Shown piece by piece: positions 18,889-27,841 of a DNA stretch of 64,000 nt. This DNA comes from Patescibacteria group bacterium (GTDB lineage Bacteria > Bacteroidota > Ignavibacteria > Kapaibacteriales > Kapaibacteriaceae), in contig JBIICY010000008.1 in the NCBI GenBank assembly GCA_044238605.1, positions 6,507 to 70,506 of the forward strand, in the 5' to 3' direction. Below the pieces are notes generated by a model. The model worked only from the letters and a program-made list of their open reading frames with translations, ran no database searches and had not been told where the DNA came from. Position 1 is the first letter of the stretch, and the number at the start of each line of letters is the position of its first letter. Position numbers and translations under genes: made by a program.

Positions 18889-20887
18889 TCGCACGCCGAA
18901 TCGACTCGCGAGCGAACAATCGCCGTATCTGCTTCAGCATGCTTACAACCCTGTGGATTGGTATCCATGGGGTGACGAAGCATTCGAGCGGGCACGTACA
19001 GAGAATAAGCCAATCTTTGTAAGCATTGGCTACGCTACATGCCACTGGTGTCATGTAATGGAGCGCGAGTCGTTCGAAGACGATGCCGTTGCCGAGTATC
19101 TGAACAACAACTTCATCAGCATCAAGGTAGACCGTGAAGAACGTCCAGACGTTGATGCGATGTGCATGGATGTGTGTCAGACATTAACAGGACACGGCGG
19201 CTGGCCCCTTACCATCATTATGGATGCTGAGAAGCGTCCGTTCTTTGCCGGCACATATTTCCCTCGCTATTCCGTTGGGAACCGCCTAGGATTTCTCGAC
19301 GTGCTCGCGCGCCTCAAAGAAGTCTGGGTGCTCGATCATCAGAAGGTGGTTGAGACAGCATCGATGATCGTGCAGGCACTGCGCGATCAGGCCCAGGCCA
19401 GTTTCGTGGGCGATGTTCCCATGAACGTCTTCGAGGTCGTAGCAGACCATCACAAGCGTACGTTCGATGAAACGTTCGGCGGGTTTGGTTCTCAGCCAAA
19501 GTTCCCATCACCTCATCATCTGCTGTTGCTGCTGCGCATTGCTCACAGGACAAACGACAAGGGACTGCTGAGCATGGTATGCTCTACACTTGACGCTTGG
19601 CGATCAGGGGGCATCTACGATCAGGTAGGGTTTGGCATGCACCGCTACAGCACAGACCGTGAGTGGAAGGTGCCACACTTTGAGAAGATGCTCTACGACC
19701 AGGCCATGGCAATGATGGCTTACACCGAAGCCTGGCAGATGACGCGGGATAGTGTCTACGAAACAGTCGTGATGGAGATTGCGCAGTTTCTCATGCGCGA
19801 GATGACGAGTGAGGAAGGGGCGTTTTATTCGGCTCAGGACGCCGACTCCGAGGGCGAGGAAGGCAAGTACTATGTGTGGACGCATGACGAACTGCATGGG
19901 ATGTCGGATGCTCTCAAAACGCTACTGAACGTGCGTATCGACGGAAACTTCCATGACGAAGCGTCGGGCCATCCCATGCCATCGAACATTTTGCATGTGC
20001 GCCCAACGAATCTGAGAGAGCTGCTCAACAATGAAGAATGGCGAATGCTGCGTCCGCAGCTTCTGCAGCAGCGCCTCACAAGGGTGCGTCCACTTACCGA
20101 TGACAAAGTCCTGGCCGACTGGAACGGCCTGATGATCGGGGCGCTGGCCAAGGCAGCACGGGCCTTCGATAACGACATTCTGCTCGACATGGCCGTTGCG
20201 GCGTATGCGGCATTTGCTCAGCCCCTTGCATGCCATCGGATGCGGAATGGAGATATAGCTGTAGACCCAATGCTTGACGATGTAGCGGCAATGGGGTGGG
20301 CAGCATGCGAGCTGTATCAGACAACCGGCGCAAGTGGGTATCTGGTTGATGCATGTCAAAGTGCCGACCGCATACTACACGAGTTTGCAGATGAGAACGG
20401 GGCGCTGTACACTGTAAACGAGCATGTGAAGGACATTCCTGTTCGACAAAAGAACGGCTTTGATAGTGCCTATCCATCAGGCAACAGCATGGCCGCGATG
20501 CTCTTCTCCGCCCTTGGATCGATATGCAATGAGCCCCGGTACCGTGAAGCCGCGCGAACATGCGTGCAGACATATGGTGCTCAGCTTGGTCAGTTCGGGC
20601 CGGGATACTGCATGCTTCTGTGTGCGTGGGACGGTATTGCAAGCGATCCAAAGGAAATTGCCCTCAACGGCAGCCTCGATGAGCAACCCTTCAACGAGCT
20701 CGTCCGCGAGTATACATCTGCCTATGAGCCGTCCGCAGTCTTTGTTCATCTGCCCCAAGACGATGTTGCACGGGAGCTTTTAGCAAAGGCGGCCTATCCG
20801 TTCGATACAGCACCGCCAAACAGCATCCTGGTCTGCAGTGGTTATACGTGCGATCTCCCTCGGGTAGTGCCGAATAACCCAGCATGA
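18878..20887 (+). CDS. Thioredoxin domain-containing protein YyaL (DUF255/SSP411)
   Basis: [45 protein letters not shown]. Confidence 0.95.
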   Translation: MQDNRTPNRLASEQSPYLLQHAYNPVDWYPWGDEAFERARTENKPIFVSIGYATCHWCHVMERESFEDDAVAEYLNNNFISIKVDREERPDVDAMCMDVCQTLTGHGGWPLTIIMDAEKRPFFAGTYFPRYSVGNRLGFLDVLARLKEVWVLDHQKVVETASMIVQALRDQAQASFVGDVPMNVFEVVADHHKRTFDETFGGFGSQPKFPSPHHLLLLLRIAHRTNDKGLLSMVCSTLDAWRSGGIYDQVGFGMHRYSTDREWKVPHFEKMLYDQAMAMMAYTEAWQMTRDSVYETVVMEIAQFLMREMTSEEGAFYSAQDADSEGEEGKYYVWTHDELHGMSDALKTLLNVRIDGNFHDEASGHPMPSNILHVRPTNLRELLNNEEWRMLRPQLLQQRLTRVRPLTDDKVLADWNGLMIGALAKAARAFDNDILLDMAVAAYAAFAQPLACHRMRNGDIAVDPMLDDVAAMGWAACELYQTTGASGYLVDACQSADRILHEFADENGALYTVNEHVKDIPVRQKNGFDSAYPSGNSMAAMLFSALGSICNEPRYREAARTCVQTYGAQLGQFGPGYCMLLCAWDGIASDPKEIALNGSLDEQPFNELVREYTSAYEPSAVFVHLPQDDVARELLAKAAYPFDTAPPNSILVCSGYTCDLPRVVPNNPA

Positions 20888-20912
20888 TGCTGGAGTCCGT
20901 ACTTTTGCATCC

Positions 20913-21794
20913 ATGGCAGTTCTGATCGACGGAAATTCACTCGCAGCGCAGATCCGCGAAGAGGTACGTGAAGAAGTTAACGCACTTACCAGCACGCGTG
21001 GAATAACACCTGGACTCAATCTCTTGCTTGTTGGCGAAGATCCGGCAAGTGCGGTCTATGTGCGCAATAAGGGAAAGGACTGCGAAAAGGTTGGCATACA
21101 ATCAACAATCCTCAGGCTGCCCGAAACAGCATCAGAACAAGAAGTGCTTGATGTGGTTCACGCATGGAATGCCGACAGCTCGGTTCACGGGATCCTGGTT
21201 CAGCTGCCACTGCCGAAACATATCAATGAACATCGCGTGATAAATGCGATATCGCCGTTGAAGGATGTGGATGGATTCCATCCCGAAAGCGCCGGTAAGG
21301 TGATGATCGGGCTTGATGGATTTATTCCGTGCACTCCGCATGGCGTTCTGGAAATGCTGCGCCGGTACAACATTGAAACATCAGGCAAGCATGCCGTGAT
21401 TGTTGGACGTAGCAATATCGTAGGCAAGCCCCTTGCAATACTTCTTGCGCAAAAGAGAACACCTGGTAATGCCACGGTTACGATATGTCATACCGGAACG
21501 CCAGACATCGCGCAGTATACGCGCACGGCAGATATTCTGATCAGCGCAGTTGGACATCACGGCGTGATTACAAAGGACCACGTTAAGCCCGGTGCTGTGG
21601 TAATCGATGTTGGTATCAACCGGATAACCCTGCCCGACGGTACCACGAAGCTCGTTGGTGATGTGCTCTTTGATGAAGTAGAACCAATCGCTCAGGCAAT
21701 CACCCCAGTGCCCGGAGGTGTTGGCCCAATGACGCGTGCAATGCTGCTGCGTAACACGCTCAAGGCCGCACAGGCAGTAGGGGGCCAGCTGTGA
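20913..21794 (+). CDS. folD: Methylenetetrahydrofolate dehydrogenase/cyclohydrolase
   Basis: YVRNK, GILVQLPLP, KDVDGFHP, PCTP, GRSNIVGKP, PGGVGPMT. Confidence 0.97.
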   Translation: MAVLIDGNSLAAQIREEVREEVNALTSTRGITPGLNLLLVGEDPASAVYVRNKGKDCEKVGIQSTILRLPETASEQEVLDVVHAWNADSSVHGILVQLPLPKHINEHRVINAISPLKDVDGFHPESAGKVMIGLDGFIPCTPHGVLEMLRRYNIETSGKHAVIVGRSNIVGKPLAILLAQKRTPGNATVTICHTGTPDIAQYTRTADILISAVGHHGVITKDHVKPGAVVIDVGINRITLPDGTTKLVGDVLFDEVEPIAQAITPVPGGVGPMTRAMLLRNTLKAAQAVGGQL

Positions 21795-22549
21795 AACGTC
21801 AGCAACTCGAAGTCCTGCATCACGATTCAGACATCGTGGTTGTCAATAAACCGTCCGGACTTCTCTCGATTCCGGACCGTTATGATGCAACACTGCCGAG
21901 CGTAAAGACCCTTGTGCGCGAAAGGTTCGGTACGTCCTACCCTGTGCACCGCCTCGACCGTGAAACATCGGGGGTGCTGGTAGTCGCGCTCAACCCTGAT
22001 TCGCACCGAGCGCTTAATACGCAGTTTGAGCAGCACACGGTGCGCAAGACCTACCTTGCTATCGTTTCTGGTATCGTAGATCGCGACACGATAGACATTG
22101 ACATCCCGATCATGCCCGATCCACGCCGAAAGGGGCTGATGAAGCCGTCTGCACGCGGGAAGGAAGCACGCACAATTCTGCGAGTGATAGAGAAGTTTCG
22201 ACTTGCCACACTTGTAGAGTGTGACCTCATCACCGGACGCCAGCATCAGATCCGTGTGCACTGTTCAGCTATCGGACATCCTCTCTTGGTCGATGCCGAT
22301 TACGGCACGTCAAAGGCGTTCATGCTTTCGTCGATCAAACGCAAATTCAATCTTGCCAAGGGGCAAGATGAACGTCCGATCATCGACAGGTTAACCCTGC
22401 ATGCAGCAAAGCTCTCATTTGTCCATCCAACAAGTGGGGAAGAGATGAACTTTAGTGCTGAACCACCGAAGGACTTCAACGCTACACTTCAGGTCCTGCG
22501 TAAGTATGCCGCCCCATATGCCTCGGCATTCGATGCCGAGTTCTTCTAA
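21791..22549 (+). CDS. RluA family pseudouridine synthase
   Basis: NKPSGL, VHRLDRETSG, TGRQHQIRVH, LHA motifs. Confidence 0.93.
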   Translation: MKRQQLEVLHHDSDIVVVNKPSGLLSIPDRYDATLPSVKTLVRERFGTSYPVHRLDRETSGVLVVALNPDSHRALNTQFEQHTVRKTYLAIVSGIVDRDTIDIDIPIMPDPRRKGLMKPSARGKEARTILRVIEKFRLATLVECDLITGRQHQIRVHCSAIGHPLLVDADYGTSKAFMLSSIKRKFNLAKGQDERPIIDRLTLHAAKLSFVHPTSGEEMNFSAEPPKDFNATLQVLRKYAAPYASAFDAEFF

Positions 22550-22552
22550 GCT

Positions 22553-24022
22553 GTGTACCGCGTCGCACGATACGTTGTCTATTCGCTTCTGCTCCTCCTC
22601 GCCTTCCGGCAGGATGTCTATATCGCCAACAACCCACTGCAGGAAGACGGCTATTACTCGTTAACTGTTGCCAGAAATCTGGCACGTGGAAACGGATACA
22701 CCATCGACGGCTCAATGCCTACGAGCGGCTTTCAGCCCCTGGTGACCACTGTTAGCTCTCTTTGCTTTATGGCCTCAGGCGGTGACCGCATAGGTGGCCT
22801 CCGACTCTATCTGGTGCTCTCTCTTATCGTGCATGCTCTATGTGCATGGGTGTTCGCGCGGGTTGTTTCGCAGCTTGTGCCAGATAAAGGCATCGTTCCA
22901 TGGTTGCCAGCAGTGGAGCTTTGGTATCTGGTATCGCTCTACATGTTTACGCTGCATTTCAACGGACTTGAAACAGGCGTGCTACTCCTGGGATACGGAC
23001 TCCTTGTTCTGCACCTGCTTTCCATGCCTGCCTCGCCAAAACGTGCATGGGCGCTTACGCTTGGCGTGCTGCTCGGACTCATGATCCTAACGCGTATCGA
23101 TGTGCTGGTGCCTGCCTCGGTGCTTCTGCTCTGGCTGCTACTGCGAGAGCCATCCGTGCGCAAGGGTGATATTCTCCTTGCCGCCATAGCAACCGGGTTG
23201 ATCATTTTACCGTGGTTTGCCTATATCTACACCACCTTTGGCACCATTATGCCATCTGGAGGTGCAGCTCAGTCATCGATGGTCTTTACAGCCGAACGCG
23301 TGGAGCAGGCCTTCATGAACATCGCCGAGGCGCTCGTACCATTTGCGTTTATGCGCTTCCATCTCTTCTCAAGCTTTTGGGGCGAGGTAGCACGACTTGT
23401 GCTGTTCGTTGCGCTTGTGCCGGTGATGTGGGGTGCTGCGAAGTACGTCCGTAGTATGATATCTACTCAGGCACGGGGCAGTTTGGGAGTGTTCTTCATC
23501 GGCATCATTGCGATGTGCTTGTATTACGTGCTCACAAACTTTGCCACATGGCACTATACGAGGTACTTCGCCCCACTCGCTTACGGTATAACTCTGCTGG
23601 TGGTAGTGGCATTCATTAACAGCCCCCTACACCATCGCATCAAACACCTCGTTGTTGCCGGGTACGCACTTCTGTTCCTGGGAGTTGTAGGCTCCATGCT
23701 GCTCGGGAAAGGGGCTGGTAACGAAATGGTGGTAGATCAGCTAGCCCTGGTTCAACGGTTCGTGCCATCAGCCGATGAGGTAGCGTCAGGTCAGACCGGT
23801 ACGCTGGGCTATATGCGCGACCATGTTCTGAACATCGACGGAAAGGTCAATCACGAAGCACTAATGCGTCTTGGAGCAATTCCCGAGTATTTGGCCGAGC
23901 GAAACGTGCGCTGGTTCTGTGATGAACCCGAGCTGATCGAGAAATTTTTGGGTCATGATTGGCCGCGGCACGGATGGCGTATTATCGGTCAAAAAGGTAA
24001 CTTTGTTTTGTTGCGCAGATAA
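22553..24022 (+). CDS. Multi-pass membrane protein, probable GT-C fold glycosyltransferase
   Basis: EDGYY..VARNLA..G..DG..T.GFQPL loop after TM1, NGLET motif, more than 10 TM segments. Confidence 0.7.
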   Translation: MYRVARYVVYSLLLLLAFRQDVYIANNPLQEDGYYSLTVARNLARGNGYTIDGSMPTSGFQPLVTTVSSLCFMASGGDRIGGLRLYLVLSLIVHALCAWVFARVVSQLVPDKGIVPWLPAVELWYLVSLYMFTLHFNGLETGVLLLGYGLLVLHLLSMPASPKRAWALTLGVLLGLMILTRIDVLVPASVLLLWLLLREPSVRKGDILLAAIATGLIILPWFAYIYTTFGTIMPSGGAAQSSMVFTAERVEQAFMNIAEALVPFAFMRFHLFSSFWGEVARLVLFVALVPVMWGAAKYVRSMISTQARGSLGVFFIGIIAMCLYYVLTNFATWHYTRYFAPLAYGITLLVVVAFINSPLHHRIKHLVVAGYALLFLGVVGSMLLGKGAGNEMVVDQLALVQRFVPSADEVASGQTGTLGYMRDHVLNIDGKVNHEALMRLGAIPEYLAERNVRWFCDEPELIEKFLGHDWPRHGWRIIGQKGNFVLLRR

Positions 24023-24061
24023 CGAACGCATCACACTACTAACCAACCATCTCCTAGACTC

Positions 24062-24610
24062 ATGATTGTTGTACTCTTTGGTGCCCCTGGCGTGGGCAAG
24101 GGAACTCAGGCTGTTATTCTTGCTCAAAAGCTCGGCATTGCGCATCTGAGCACAGGAGATGCTTTCAGGGCTGCAATCAAGAATCAGACACCCGTTGGCA
24201 TGATGGCGAAGGGATATGTAGACGCCGGCGACCTTGTCCCGGATGATGTGGTAGCCCGTATCGTGGAAGAAGCCATGAATGGTGATGAGTTTGCCAAAGG
24301 CTGCATTCTAGACGGATTTCCTCGCACACGTGCGCAGGCAGACGCACTGCAGGCATTACTGGCAACAAAGGGGCAGGCTGTGGACAAGGTTGTGAACCTT
24401 GAGGTGGACGACGAGACCATCATCGCGCGACTGTTACAGCGTGGCCGTGCTGATGACCAAGAGGATATTATCCGCAACCGCCTGTCAGTGTATAACGCGG
24501 AAACTGCACCGCTCCTTGAATATTACAGCGACCTTGGCCTGCTAACCAGTGTTGACGGAATAGGCGAGGTAGAAGACGTCTCTGGCCGTATTGTAAACGT
24601 CTTGAAGTAA
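24062..24610 (+). CDS. adk: Adenylate kinase (short LID type)
   Basis: GAPGVGKGTQ P-loop, LDGFPRT, RGRADD. Confidence 0.96.
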   Translation: MIVVLFGAPGVGKGTQAVILAQKLGIAHLSTGDAFRAAIKNQTPVGMMAKGYVDAGDLVPDDVVARIVEEAMNGDEFAKGCILDGFPRTRAQADALQALLATKGQAVDKVVNLEVDDETIIARLLQRGRADDQEDIIRNRLSVYNAETAPLLEYYSDLGLLTSVDGIGEVEDVSGRIVNVLK

Positions 24611-24612
24611 AC

Positions 24613-24632
24613 TTTTCCACAATTGTGGAATA
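24613..24632. promoter_or_regulatory. Palindromic operator made of two DnaA-box-like 9-mers
   Basis: TTTTCCACA-AT-TGTGGAATA, 10 nt upstream of a TAACTTTG promoter element (24643-24650). Confidence 0.4.
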
Positions 24633-24700
24633 CTTTTTGATGTAACTTTGGCGAGTTGGAATCAACTCATAGGGACCGAATGAACATCGAAAGGTTCATA

Positions 24701-26119
24701 ATGAATAAGCACACGTTAACAGTTTCCGTGTTGCTCGCAGTTCTTGTTGCCATCATGGCCCCAATGAACGCACAAACGCGTAAGGGTGATATATCTGCTT
24801 CCGCTAGCTATTCAGCGCTGTTCTACCGTGGTGATTTTGTGTCCGACCGTGCCGGAGATGGCGGGCTGTTTACGCTGTCCTACAACACATCTGACCGATT
24901 CTGGATTGAAGGTCGAATTGGATTTGGCGCCTATCATTGGCAGACAAACCCCACACTGATCAAAAAGTTTGCAGATTATTACGGCCCATCTGCCGCACTT
25001 GGAGGCGTGTACCCGGGTTCTACGGTTAAGATTGAATCTCAGAATCAGGCCAGTCTTACGGCATTAGATGTAACATTTGGCTACGTTCTTGTGCAGAATA
25101 CGTCGTTTGTACCGTTCGTCACCGGCGGCTTTGGTCTTGTGAGCTTTCGTCCATCCAACACCTCCGGCGGTGAGTCGCTGCCGAACTACCAGAACGGCGT
25201 CTATCCATCCTCGGTGGCATGTATCCCACTCGGTGTGGGAGTGCTTGTTCCCATTGCCGACCAGCTGTCTCTGTCTGCAAGGTACGATCACCGGTTTGTG
25301 TTCTCGGGCTACCTGGATGACTATGAAGTCCGTGGTGCCAACGATGGCCTCTCGGCACTCTCTATCGGATTGTCCTACAGATTTAGCGATCGCGCCGAGC
25401 AAGGGGGTAAGGGGCAGTACTGGTGCGAACAATGCTCAACTTGGTACGATGTGAACAACTGTGCGATCTGCGCAACCCAGAATTGTGAGATCTGCAAACA
25501 GCGTAAAGCTCATCAGGACGATCTAGCTGATAGCCAACAGCCAGCTGTTCCTACACAGCAGCAAGTTCAACCCCAGCAGCAAGTTCAACCCCAGCAGCCT
25601 ATACAACCCGAGCCACCAGCACCAGAGGTGGCCCCAGAACCGGAGCCCGCGCCTGCTCCAGCGCCTGCTCCTGCTCCTGCTTCTGCAAAGGAGCAGCCCA
25701 TGCGTGAGGCTGGCTCCAGTAAGAAGCTCAATGCGCAGGGTATCCGATTCAACGTTAACTCCGATGTGATCGATTTTACCGATCCAACAACGAAGACACG
25801 CATGGATGAAATGCTGGATTACCTCACACAGGATTGCGATGATCTCGAAGTGCTTGTTGAGGGCCATGCTTCGGTAGACGGACCAGCAAAACGCAATCAG
25901 GAATTGTCGGCGTTACGAGCCCGGGCAGTGGCAAAGTGGCTGCTCGAAAACGGTGTTCCTTCTGAACGCATAAAGGGTGCAATTGGGTATGGATCTTCTA
26001 TGCCGAAAGTGTCGGACCCGCTACCTTCCGTTGCTCGTAAAATGACAAAACAACAGCTCGAAGCCATTCGCGAACAAAATAGACGCATTGAATTGTCTGT
26101 TCTAAAAGATTGCGAATAA
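24701..26119 (+). CDS. OmpA family protein: N-terminal beta-barrel, Cys-rich and Pro/Gln linker, C-terminal peptidoglycan-binding domain
   Basis: Signal peptide; barrel ending LSIGLSYRF; VEGHAS..N..LS..RA..V..L and NRRIE OmpA_C motifs. Confidence 0.88.
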   Translation: MNKHTLTVSVLLAVLVAIMAPMNAQTRKGDISASASYSALFYRGDFVSDRAGDGGLFTLSYNTSDRFWIEGRIGFGAYHWQTNPTLIKKFADYYGPSAALGGVYPGSTVKIESQNQASLTALDVTFGYVLVQNTSFVPFVTGGFGLVSFRPSNTSGGESLPNYQNGVYPSSVACIPLGVGVLVPIADQLSLSARYDHRFVFSGYLDDYEVRGANDGLSALSIGLSYRFSDRAEQGGKGQYWCEQCSTWYDVNNCAICATQNCEICKQRKAHQDDLADSQQPAVPTQQQVQPQQQVQPQQPIQPEPPAPEVAPEPEPAPAPAPAPAPASAKEQPMREAGSSKKLNAQGIRFNVNSDVIDFTDPTTKTRMDEMLDYLTQDCDDLEVLVEGHASVDGPAKRNQELSALRARAVAKWLLENGVPSERIKGAIGYGSSMPKVSDPLPSVARKMTKQQLEAIREQNRRIELSVLKDCE

Positions 26120-26179
26120 AGGCACTTAGAGTTCTATGAACGACAATTCATAGAATATTCATAGGTAATTGTGGAAAAC

Positions 26180-26235
26180 TCCCCAATTTGCGGCCCCTTC
26201 GATCGTCCGAAGGGGTCCCGACTTGGGGATTTTTC
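26180..26235 (+). terminator. Long hairpin plus T-run after the OmpA gene
   Basis: tccccaa..gccccttcg-atcgtc-cgaaggggt..ttgggga-ttttt. Confidence 0.55.
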
Positions 26236-26306
26236 ATTCTTGGTGGCAGTGTAGGGTGACTGCACACTGAGTCAATGCTTCTGGACAACTACAGGAGGAT
26301 TACCCT

Positions 26307-26993
26307 ATGAAGAAGATACTTTCTCTCGGCGTGTTCGCTCGCATAGCGATCTTCGTTGTTGTTGTTGTGCTTGTTATGTCGGTTAGTTTGTTGGTTCAGG
26401 CACACGACGCTCCTACACCGGTTGTTGAAGCTGCTGAAGTTGTAACACCGGAACCAGCACCAGTTGTTGAACAGCTTGAGATGTCCGACGTTCCGGATGG
26501 CCTCGCTTCGTGGTATGGTGCAGATTTTCACGGGCGGCGCACAGCCAGTGGCGCGCGCTACGACATGAACGAACTTACCGCAGCACACAAGACGCTTCCA
26601 TTTGGAACACTGCTGCGCGTCGTAAATGAGCAAACCGGTAAGGCCGTGCTCGTAGAAGTAACAGACAGGGGGCCGTTCGTAAAGCGCCGCGTTGTAGACT
26701 TATCGCGTGCAGCTGCCAAGTTCCTGAACGTGTCGGTAAGCCCCGTTGCCGTTGATGCGATCCGCAAGGACGACGTTCTGCGGTTCTATGAGAACAACGA
26801 TTCTACCTATATGGTCTTTTCCAGTGACTTCAAGCCCCTTGCCGTTCGCAGGCAGGCATTGTCCATGATCGGACAGCCGGGCTCCCTTACGTCAACTGTT
26901 GGGTCCCTCAACACCGGCGAGCAGGTCCTTGTTAGCGTCAACCAGAAGGGCCGCCTAACATACAGCCGCGTACAGGTCGATACAGTTCTCTAG
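26307..26993 (+). CDS. rlpA: Septal ring lytic transglycosylase RlpA family protein
   Basis: GLASWYG..FHGRRTASG, TAAHKTLPFGT, DRGPF, DLSRAAA; AGGAGG RBS. Confidence 0.92.
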   Translation: MKKILSLGVFARIAIFVVVVVLVMSVSLLVQAHDAPTPVVEAAEVVTPEPAPVVEQLEMSDVPDGLASWYGADFHGRRTASGARYDMNELTAAHKTLPFGTLLRVVNEQTGKAVLVEVTDRGPFVKRRVVDLSRAAAKFLNVSVSPVAVDAIRKDDVLRFYENNDSTYMVFSSDFKPLAVRRQALSMIGQPGSLTSTVGSLNTGEQVLVSVNQKGRLTYSRVQVDTVL

Positions 26994-27082
26994 TTTTGCT
27001 CCTGAAATATTTTGCCAGTCTGAAACCTTTGGTGTGCAAAGGTTGTCGTAATAGGCGAACATCTTTTTTGGAGTATACCCGC

Positions 27083-27814
27083 ATGCGTTTGATCGTTGCA
27101 ACCATAGCTCTGCTTGTTGTTGGAGCTACATCGTCTTTTGCCATAGACCTCGAAGAAGTAATCTCGAAGGCTAATGCTGCCCGTGGCGGCGAAAAGGCAA
27201 TCAAGGCAATCTCGACAGTTGTGAAAGAAGGCACAATGTCGATGGCGCAGGGAATGGAATTGAATTTCACCGAGACCACCAAGCGTCCAAGCAAGTTCCG
27301 CATGGATATGAGCTTCCAAGGCATGGCTATTGTGCAGGCCTTCGACGGTACAACGGCCTGGAGTCTGAATCCGATGAACGGCGGAAAGCCGGAAAAGGCG
27401 GGCGCTGAAGAAGTGAAGAAGATGGTTGAGCAGGCCGACATGGACGGCGAGCTCATCGATTGGAAGAAGAAGGGCTATAAGCTTGAACTTGTTGGAACAG
27501 AAGATATCGACGGCTCAACAGCCTATAAGATCAAGTCGACAAAGGATGATGAAACGTCATTTATCTATATCGATGCAGTTACGTGGTTTCTGGCCAAGAT
27601 CGACAAGAAGATGAGCATGATGGGTCAGGAAGCCGAAGTCGAGATGGTGTTCTCGAACTATCAGGACGTGAACGGCGTGCAAATGCCAATGCTTGTAGAG
27701 ATCCGCTCTGATGGACAAACGATGGTGTCCATGTCGTATGCAAGCATCAAGGCCAACACAGACGTGCCGGATGCGCGCTTCGCATTCCCAAGCGAAGACG
27801 GAAACAAGAAGTAA
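27083..27814 (+). CDS. Outer-membrane lipoprotein-sorting (LolA-like) family protein
   Basis: Signal peptide; ARGG..A...I motif, AFDGTTAW, FSNYQDVNGV.MP. Confidence 0.7.
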   Translation: MRLIVATIALLVVGATSSFAIDLEEVISKANAARGGEKAIKAISTVVKEGTMSMAQGMELNFTETTKRPSKFRMDMSFQGMAIVQAFDGTTAWSLNPMNGGKPEKAGAEEVKKMVEQADMDGELIDWKKKGYKLELVGTEDIDGSTAYKIKSTKDDETSFIYIDAVTWFLAKIDKKMSMMGQEAEVEMVFSNYQDVNGVQMPMLVEIRSDGQTMVSMSYASIKANTDVPDARFAFPSEDGNKK

Positions 27815-27841
27815 CCCTCTGCCCTAACTAGGGAACATCTC

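Noticed and set aside
26180-26300. c-di-AMP riboswitch, SRP RNA or 6S RNA upstream of rlpA
   Set aside because: I could not find the consensus motifs of these families by eye. Kept only as a terminator plus a possible structured leader.
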